A stretch of 64,000 nucleotides of DNA. Source: Alphaproteobacteria bacterium (GTDB lineage Bacteria > Pseudomonadota > Alphaproteobacteria > Rs-D84). Below the pieces are notes generated by a model. The model was not told the DNA's origin and searched no databases. It worked only from the letters and a program-made list of their open reading frames with translations. Made by a program: the position numbers and the translations under genes. The stretch is from NCBI GenBank assembly GCA_033345195.1, contig JAWPOE010000004.1, positions 182,569 through 246,568 on the forward strand, written 5' to 3'. Below, in pieces: positions 57,975 through 64,000 of this stretch (position 1 is the first letter of the stretch; every line of letters begins with the position of its first letter).

Positions 57975-58405
57975 CCACCCAAACTGCCCAACATAGCCGT
58001 TTTGAATACAGGCTCTATTAGAACACTATCCGCACACAGTGACGCACACCGCTCAGCACATACTTCCGCATCATCGACTTCGCCATACGCAACCCAAAAC
58101 GACACCGCCGGGTTTAACATACGACACCAACAATAAGAATTATCATTTGGTTCACTACCATAAAAAGAAGCATCGTATTCTATCGATACAGCAACATCAC
58201 CCAATTCACCTGGCGTGTGTACACACACGCCAATCCCACGCACCGTTACATATGACCAAACCAACGACCAATCAACACCACCCATCTCTGCATTATACTC
58301 ATTCAGTGGCACGGATAAATCCCCAAATTTCACACACTGTTGTGCCGCCATCAATTCACCACCAGCGACCATCATCAACACACCAAACAATAAAATACGT
58401 TTCAT
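57971..58405 (-). CDS. Secreted hypothetical protein (start at MKRILLFGVLMMVAG)
   Basis: Signal peptide, then 120 aa with eight Cys. A GGGGGTG RBS precedes the ATG at 58405. Confidence 0.45.
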   Translation of the reverse strand: MKRILLFGVLMMVAGGELMAAQQCVKFGDLSVPLNEYNAEMGGVDWSLVWSYVTVRGIGVCVHTPGELGDVAVSIEYDASFYGSEPNDNSYCWCRMLNPAVSFWVAYGEVDDAEVCAERCASLCADSVLIEPVFKTAMLGSLGG

Positions 58406-58439
58406 TATAACACCCCCAAGTTTATTAAAAAACCACACG

Positions 58440-58540
58440 CTTTCACGAGTGGTCAGGAGGTTAGAGACAATCACTAAGAATTGTGTGCTTATTCAATATA
58501 TTCGCAACCCTCCTGACACGTTTATCAGGAGTTTTTTTAT
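58440..58540. ncRNA. Candidate structured RNA element / attenuator-like leader with mutually exclusive hairpins and a hairpin-plus-T-run on each strand
   Basis: GGTCAGGAGG at 58451-60 pairs with CCTCCTGACC at 58508-17. The alternative is CTCCTGA (58510-16) pairing with TCAGGAG (58525-31), followed by TTTTTTT. Minus-strand hairpin CCACTCGTGAAAGCGTGTGG plus TTTTTT sits just before the RBS of the 58405 gene. Confidence 0.3.
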
Positions 58541-58682
58541 CGTATGAAAATCGCACCCCAGACACACTGAGATTCATTTCCAAACGCTTAGTGCAACGGG
58601 TCTCTACACCCCATTACGGCAACACGCCATAACGAACATATTATAATAGATTTTTTATCTTTATGCAAACAGTTAAAAAGAA

Positions 58683-59384
58683 TCAGAAAAAACGATGTAA
58701 TTCACCACCATGTTGCGCCAACCAGCGTTTTGCACGTTCCACCCCAAAACCATACAAATCGCGAACCTGGGCCCAAAATTCTGGCGAATGATCCATATGT
58801 TTTTTATGCGCTAATTCATGCATCACAACATAACGCATAACATCCAACGGCGCAAACGCCAATCGCCATGAAAAAGACATCGTTCCAGATGTCGAACAAC
58901 TGCCCCAGCGACTGGTAGTGTCACGAATTGCGATACGCGCCGGCCAAAATTCACGTGGCGTATTACGTATCATCTGTTTAACCTGACACAAAAATTCTGC
59001 CTTAATAAAGTCGCGCACACGCCGTTCAAACATCGAAATATCACCACCGATTATCAATGCTTCGCCATTTTCAGAATACTTGTTTGACCGAACAGATGCA
59101 TCGTGACGCAATACTATCTGCCGACCTAAAAATTCAATAACATCACCCGGTTTTAACTTTATTTTGGCCGGACATTTTTGAAATGTACACTCAAGCCATT
59201 TTTGTTTTGATTCCAAGAATTTTAATACATACGACGTCGAAACCAACCACGGCTTTGATATATGAATTTCACGTCTGGGGGTCATCTTGGGACGCAATGT
59301 AATATTTCGCAAACCGCGTCGCGTTGTAATTATAACCGGAATTTCTTCACCCGACGACAAAGTAAAAACATAATCAGTCGCCAT
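58683..59384 (-). CDS. YgjP/M48-like zinc metallopeptidase (DUF45, HExxH)
   Basis: C-terminal VMHELAHKKHMDHSPEFW motif; 233 aa. Confidence 0.7.
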   Translation of the reverse strand: MATDYVFTLSSGEEIPVIITTRRGLRNITLRPKMTPRREIHISKPWLVSTSYVLKFLESKQKWLECTFQKCPAKIKLKPGDVIEFLGRQIVLRHDASVRSNKYSENGEALIIGGDISMFERRVRDFIKAEFLCQVKQMIRNTPREFWPARIAIRDTTSRWGSCSTSGTMSFSWRLAFAPLDVMRYVVMHELAHKKHMDHSPEFWAQVRDLYGFGVERAKRWLAQHGGELHRFF

Positions 59385-60030
59385 CTTCTACCTTTTCTAT
59401 TTCCTCTTTTAACAACTTACCAACTTCTTCAAACAAAACATTATCAAATTCATTTGCCTGTTCTATCGCATAATCCAACAACTCTATTTTTTCTGCTTTG
59501 CTTTTTTTACTTTGTGCCAGCTGCGAAAAAAGACATATATAAAAATCCTGATACTTCTTTTTTATTGCCTCTACTTCAAATAAATATCGGAACGCCCACC
59601 GGGAATCATATTCTATACCACACTCTAAATCTATCAAACAAAGTTTAACGAATTTTCGCTTTGCCTCATAAACAGGATGTCCTGTATTTTCAGGGTTTTC
59701 CGTTGCACACAACGTACTGTACCAACCCGCCAGCCAATAATCCCACTCACTACGCGAAAAATCGACTTTACCCGTTTGTAACAACGTCTGCAAAATCTTT
59801 ACCTGCTCTTCATTTCCCCAATCAGAATTTAATCTACGTTCAAAATCCTGGGTAATAATAAACGACGGAATATTGTCACCATAATACCCCAACGCAAAAT
59901 CAACCTGACGCCATGTAATTGCATTTTTTAGTTCTTCTTTTATTGTTTGTTTTTTTGATTCAACGCCACATACACAGACAGGTACAAACGCCATCAACAC
60001 ACAAAACAAAAAACGATTGAACCAAATCAT
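59374..60030 (-). CDS. Secreted hypothetical protein (218 aa)
   Basis: Signal peptide MIWFNRFLFCVLMAFVPVCVCG; Trp/Tyr-rich; no recognisable motif. Confidence 0.45.
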   Translation of the reverse strand: MIWFNRFLFCVLMAFVPVCVCGVESKKQTIKEELKNAITWRQVDFALGYYGDNIPSFIITQDFERRLNSDWGNEEQVKILQTLLQTGKVDFSRSEWDYWLAGWYSTLCATENPENTGHPVYEAKRKFVKLCLIDLECGIEYDSRWAFRYLFEVEAIKKKYQDFYICLFSQLAQSKKSKAEKIELLDYAIEQANEFDNVLFEEVGKLLKEEIEKVEDGD

Positions 60031-60031
60031 A

Positions 60032-61813
60032 CTATTTAATTTTACTCTTTATATCTGCAACGATTGTGTCTACATCAAAACCCATCCGCGCATATACCGC
60101 GTCGCCTGAACCAGACACACCAAACCTGTCAATTCCAACAACCGCATCGGCAAATTCAAACCATGGTGCAGATGCTGCCGCCTCTATCGCGACAACAAAA
60201 CCACGCAACATCTGTTGCTTATATTGCAAATCTTGCATACGGAAATCTGCAACAGATGGCACAGACACCACCTGAACCGCATCGCCCAGTTTTTCTGCAA
60301 CAGCGATTGCCAACGGAACCTCACTTCCCGTTGCCAACAATGTCACAGACACACGCGACTTTGACGCAGACCGCACCACATATGCACCGCGCGACAAATC
60401 AGCACCCAACGGCGTTGCAACCAAACCAATCAATTGGCGCGACAGAACAATACATGATGGGCGTGTTTTTTCTGTTAATGCACGTCGCCATGCATACATA
60501 ACCTCTACCCCATTACACGGGCGAAAAACATTTAAATTCGGCACCAATCGCAACGACGGCAACTGTTCAATTGGCTGATGCGTTGGTCCATCTTCGCCCA
60601 CCGCAACACTATCATGCGTCAAAACATAAACAACCGGCAGCCCAGACAACGCCGCAAGGCGAATACTGGGGCGCAGATAGTCACTGAACACCAAAAACGT
60701 CGAACCAAAAACACGCAATCCAGACAACGCCATACCATTCATAATCGCGCCCATCGCATGTTCACGCACGCCATAGTTTATATAATTACCGGCAAAATCA
60801 TCCGACGTTATATCATGCGTGGCACTGCTTTTTACATTCGTACTGCCGCCTAAATCCGCACTGCCACCAATAACACGAACGCCCGCTTTAAAAAGTTCTT
60901 CTAAATAAAGTCCAGACAATTCGCGTGTCGACATCGCCCCACCAACCACAGGCATTACAATATTTGGAATCACAACATCAAATTTGCGCACAACAGGTTC
61001 AACACGTTCTGTCACCAATTTTCCCCATAACATGTCACCCGTTGGTGACAAATAACGCTGAATCAATTCCATTAATTCTGCATCTGACAACGAAAAACCA
61101 TGTGCCTTGTGCGAACCAGCACGACTGGACCCGCGACCAATTTCCGTCTTACATTGAATGAACACGGGACAGTCTGATTTTTGCGCAACATTCAACGCAC
61201 GATTAATTTGCACAAAATCATCACCATTTACCGTCATTACACGCCAACCCGCCGCCACCATACGCCCAGGCACATCAACGTCCGTCAATGCTGCGCCATC
61301 AATACTGACCCCATTATCATCCCACAATAAAATCAGATTATTTAACTTATACCGACCTGCAAACGCGATTGATTCTTGGGCAACACCTTCCATTAAATCG
61401 CCATCAGAACACAAACAATAAACACGCGAATCGGTCTTGTTTATTTTTTCCGCCATTGCCATACCAACGGCATTTCCAACACCCTGACCCAACGGTCCTG
61501 TGGTCGCGTCAACACCATCGATCCCATATTCAGGATGCCCAGGCAAGCCATCAATTTTACGAAATGAATTTAAATCGCCAATGTTATGCCCAGATAATTT
61601 TAATACAGAATACAACAGCGCACTGCCATGCCCAGCCGACATAACGAATCGGTCACGACCGCGACGCAAAAAATTCGCAAACAGCGTTGTAACAACATCC
61701 GCCGCCCCTAAAACAACACCAACATGTCCACTGCGTGCGACACGCACCGCGTGCAACGCCCATGCACGCACAGCATTTGCCATTTCTTTTAAATCTTTGG
61801 AATTATATGTCAT
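60032..61813 (-). CDS. tkt: Transketolase
   Basis: TPP-binding region (SGHVGVVLGAADV..GHPE..GIDGVDATTGPLGQGVGNAVGMA) and the pyrimidine-binding domain. Start at MTYNSKDLKE (61813). Confidence 0.9.
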   Translation of the reverse strand: MTYNSKDLKEMANAVRAWALHAVRVARSGHVGVVLGAADVVTTLFANFLRRGRDRFVMSAGHGSALLYSVLKLSGHNIGDLNSFRKIDGLPGHPEYGIDGVDATTGPLGQGVGNAVGMAMAEKINKTDSRVYCLCSDGDLMEGVAQESIAFAGRYKLNNLILLWDDNGVSIDGAALTDVDVPGRMVAAGWRVMTVNGDDFVQINRALNVAQKSDCPVFIQCKTEIGRGSSRAGSHKAHGFSLSDAELMELIQRYLSPTGDMLWGKLVTERVEPVVRKFDVVIPNIVMPVVGGAMSTRELSGLYLEELFKAGVRVIGGSADLGGSTNVKSSATHDITSDDFAGNYINYGVREHAMGAIMNGMALSGLRVFGSTFLVFSDYLRPSIRLAALSGLPVVYVLTHDSVAVGEDGPTHQPIEQLPSLRLVPNLNVFRPCNGVEVMYAWRRALTEKTRPSCIVLSRQLIGLVATPLGADLSRGAYVVRSASKSRVSVTLLATGSEVPLAIAVAEKLGDAVQVVSVPSVADFRMQDLQYKQQMLRGFVVAIEAAASAPWFEFADAVVGIDRFGVSGSGDAVYARMGFDVDTIVADIKSKIK

Positions 61814-61848
61814 GTGTGATATTATATCATAAAAAGGACACATATAAA

Positions 61849-62277
61849 ATGTTAAAAATTTGGACAGATGGTTCTTGTCTTGGCAACCCCGGGCCGGGCG
61901 GTTGGGGCTTTGTTGCAACAGACGGGAAAAACACCGCGGAACGCAGCGGTGGCGAACGCGACACAACCAACAATCGCATGGAATTAATGGCGGTAATCCG
62001 TGCATTAACCGCCGCACGCAAACACGATGAACTGGAAATACATACAGACAGTCAATACGTCAAAAACGGCATGCAATCTTGGCTAAAACAATGGAAGAAA
62101 AACAACTGGCGTACATCAACAAAAAAACCGGTAAAGAATCAAGACCTGTGGCAACAACTGGACGAGTTGGCATCTGCGAAAAAAATACATTGGTTTTGGG
62201 TACGCGGTCATAATGGCGACGAAATGAACGAACGTGTCGACACATTGGCGCGCACCGCCGCCGAAGGTTTAAAATAA
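61849..62277 (+). CDS. rnhA: Ribonuclease HI
   Basis: MLKIWTDGSCLGNPGPGGWGFV..ELMAVIRAL..IHTDSQYV..WVRGHNGDEMNERVDTLAR RNase H catalytic DEDD residues. Confidence 0.9.
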   Translation: MLKIWTDGSCLGNPGPGGWGFVATDGKNTAERSGGERDTTNNRMELMAVIRALTAARKHDELEIHTDSQYVKNGMQSWLKQWKKNNWRTSTKKPVKNQDLWQQLDELASAKKIHWFWVRGHNGDEMNERVDTLARTAAEGLK

Positions 62278-62285
62278 AACATCAA

Positions 62286-63776
62286 CTATTTCCACCTATC
62301 TGGAATACTGTCCCAATCGTCTAACCCCTCGCAACCAGAATACGTACCATAATATGCGTCGGCCGGCCAAATTTCATACAGATACTGTCCATTTATCCGT
62401 GCCGACGGCCCAGTCAGATTTCCAGACCAAGCAAAAGTGCTTTGAAACATAAAATCGGCGGCGGGTGCGGTTGTATCCAAACCCGCGAACAGATTTTCGG
62501 GTATTGATGTCAGCCCAGTGGATTGGAAAGTGCCATAAAACATCATTTCTGCTGGTGGGCCTTGAATCCCCGCAAATAAATCTTCGGGTATTGATGTCAG
62601 CCAAGTGGATTGGAAAGTGCCATAAAACATCATTTCTGCTGGTGGGCCCTGAATCCCGGCAAATAAATTTTCCGGGATTGCCGTCAGCCCCATGCAGCCA
62701 CTAAAAGTATTCTCAAACATCCCTTCTGCTGGTGGTCCTTGAATCCCTGCAAATAAATCTTCGGGGATTGATTCTATCGACAATTCAGTAAAAGTGTGCG
62801 CAAACATATTTTTTGCTGGCGGCCCTTGAATACCCGCAAACAGATTTTCGGGAATTGATTCTATAAACGTGGCTGAAAAAGTGCCATCAAACATCCCTTC
62901 TGCCGGTGGTCCTTGAATCCCAGAAAATAAATCCGACGGTATGGCTGTTATATAGGCAAAGTTGAAAGTTTGTTTAAACATATTTTCCACGGGGGCGCCG
63001 TGAATCCCTGAAAACAATCCCGATGGGATATCAATATTCAAATCATATGCGTCTGCAAATGTACCAATAAATCTGGGTTGTGAACCGTCTTCTAGTGTTG
63101 GAAATATACACCCCAAACATCCATCAATATCCGTTATCCCAAGGGGGCATTTACCACCAAAACTCCACTCATCCAGACACGCAAAAGAGGTCCCCAATAT
63201 CACGGTGGATAAATCTGGGTCATCGGAATATTTTGTGGCTTGGCCCCCGATGCGTACAGTATAAATGCCATCACTGGCATACTCATGCCCAAACCATTGT
63301 TCACCAACTGTATTTTTTTCAATGACCTCCTTGGTACCGTCACCCCAATTGATATTGTATGTACCCGCCGCCGAAATCATTATTAAATGGTTGGGGTCAC
63401 GTATGTCGCCACTATAACCCTCGCGGTGATAATAATGCGTTAACTTTAATTTATAATCAGTACTATTACCTTTTACAATCAACCCATCCACCGCCGTGTC
63501 TGTGGCAATTGTATCTGCGGCGACGGTGGTCGCAAATTCCCCATTGCCATAGTCTGTCGTCTTTTCCCCGTTTAGCATTTCATTCGCAACATCAACCGCC
63601 GTCAACAGGTATTTCATATTCGCCGCAACACGTGGATTGGTCAGTTCACTATTATATGGTATGGTTATGTCCCATTTCTGGGCAATTGCATTATGTACAT
63701 ATTCAACATTTACAATCTGGGCGGAATGTGCAACACCACAAAACAAGAAAAATAAAAACACAAATAATCGTTTCAT
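62286..63776 (-). CDS. Secreted protein with seven tandem 29-aa repeats (IPxxLFAGIQGPPAExMFxxTFxxxxLTS)
   Basis: Signal peptide MKRLFVFLFFLFCGVAHS. The protein repeats are seen directly, and two adjacent 87-bp DNA units at 62484-62570 and 62571-62657 are about 95% identical. Confidence 0.6.
   Translation of the reverse strand: MKRLFVFLFFLFCGVAHSAQIVNVEYVHNAIAQKWDITIPYNSELTNPRVAANMKYLLTAVDVANEMLNGEKTTDYGNGEFATTVAADTIATDTAVDGLIVKGNSTDYKLKLTHYYHREGYSGDIRDPNHLIMISAAGTYNINWGDGTKEVIEKNTVGEQWFGHEYASDGIYTVRIGGQATKYSDDPDLSTVILGTSFACLDEWSFGGKCPLGITDIDGCLGCIFPTLEDGSQPRFIGTFADAYDLNIDIPSGLFSGIHGAPVENMFKQTFNFAYITAIPSDLFSGIQGPPAEGMFDGTFSATFIESIPENLFAGIQGPPAKNMFAHTFTELSIESIPEDLFAGIQGPPAEGMFENTFSGCMGLTAIPENLFAGIQGPPAEMMFYGTFQSTWLTSIPEDLFAGIQGPPAEMMFYGTFQSTGLTSIPENLFAGLDTTAPAADFMFQSTFAWSGNLTGPSARINGQYLYEIWPADAYYGTYSGCEGLDDWDSIPDRWK
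62400..62950. repeat. Intragenic tandem 87-bp repeat array
   Basis: CGGGTATTGATGTCAGCC(C/A)AGTGGATTGGAAAGTGCCATAAAACATCATTTCTGCTGGTGGGCC(T/C)TGAATCCC.. is repeated, with more diverged units on both flanks. Confidence 0.8.
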
Positions 63777-63789
63777 GACGGCGGGCTCC

Positions 63790-63990
63790 TTATTCTGCGG
63801 TTGGTAGTGGTGGCGTGGGTACCACAAACGTGCCAGATACAGTATACGAACCCGCCATGGTTTGGTTGGCGGTGGATGATGTATCAACCTTGGTCGTAGT
63901 TGCTGTGTTAACGTATGCTGTCGACGCAATATCAGCACGTGTCACAACCGGCACAAACAACGAACAAAAGAAAACTAACAAAATTCTCAT
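63790..63990 (-). CDS. Small secreted Thr/Ser-rich hypothetical protein (66 aa)
   Basis: Signal peptide MRILLVFFCSLFVPVVTRA. It is short and could be spurious. Confidence 0.3.
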   Translation of the reverse strand: MRILLVFFCSLFVPVVTRADIASTAYVNTATTTKVDTSSTANQTMAGSYTVSGTFVVPTPPLPTAE

Positions 63991-64000
63991 CCCATCCCCC

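Noticed and set aside
58440-58540. Possible SRP (4.5S) RNA or tmRNA in the structured spacer
   Set aside because: The conserved SRP domain IV motif (GGAAGCAGCC, with tetraloop GNRA context) and the tmRNA tag-reading-frame features are absent. The element was kept only as a generic structured-RNA candidate.
1-64000. CRISPR arrays, transposases, integrases, restriction-modification, toxin-antitoxin or other canonical defence or mobile modules
   Set aside because: No regularly spaced direct-repeat array was seen. No ORF shows DDE/RNase-H transposase, tyrosine or serine recombinase, nuclease/helicase defence signatures or Cas-like motifs. Apart from the hypothetical secreted genes, the ORFs are assignable to housekeeping functions.

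Overview
This 64-kb window reads as chromosomal DNA from a moderately AT-rich alphaproteobacterium (roughly low-40s % GC by eye, not computed). The assignment rests on a GcrA cell-cycle regulator, a ruvB-ybgC-tolQ-tolR-tolA cluster, a bactofilin/M23-peptidase pair and lpxA-lpxB. Between well-supported housekeeping genes lie about twenty lineage-specific secreted proteins with signal peptides, many of them cysteine-rich. That pattern fits a host-associated or intracellular lifestyle. The housekeeping genes are gpmI (partial), rsmH, dnaE, secA, ruvB, an OmpR/HisK two-component pair, argS, rplM, rpsI, tig, thyA, rpiB, leuS, tlyA, mscL, aroK, an SDR, prfA, hisS, tkt and rnhA. I found no transposase, integrase, CRISPR array or recognisable defence genes. 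The most notable loci are listed here.
1. 46848..50223: a cysteine-rich surface-protein gene with a (CAAA)8 tetranucleotide repeat in its 5' coding end, a classic phase-variation signature. It is followed by a paralogue with a near-identical promoter and by GT2/GT8 glycosyltransferases.
2. 12516..16019: a 1167-aa surface protein with Listeria-Bacteroides (Flg_new) repeats and Cys-rich modules. C9/(GT)4/G7 tracts sit about 120-150 bp upstream of its start.
3. 31769..38298: a prepilin-type peptidase followed by six co-directional secreted proteins. Three of them share an unusual architecture: signal peptide, a Gly/Ala hydrophobic segment, a Lys/Ala basic amphipathic region and a second hydrophobic stretch. 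Two carry a paralogous N-terminal domain. This is the best candidate for an undescribed secreted or membrane-inserting protein system.
4. 62286..63776: a secreted protein with seven 29-aa tandem repeats.
5. 911..4567: an operon of two large Cys-rich secreted proteins.
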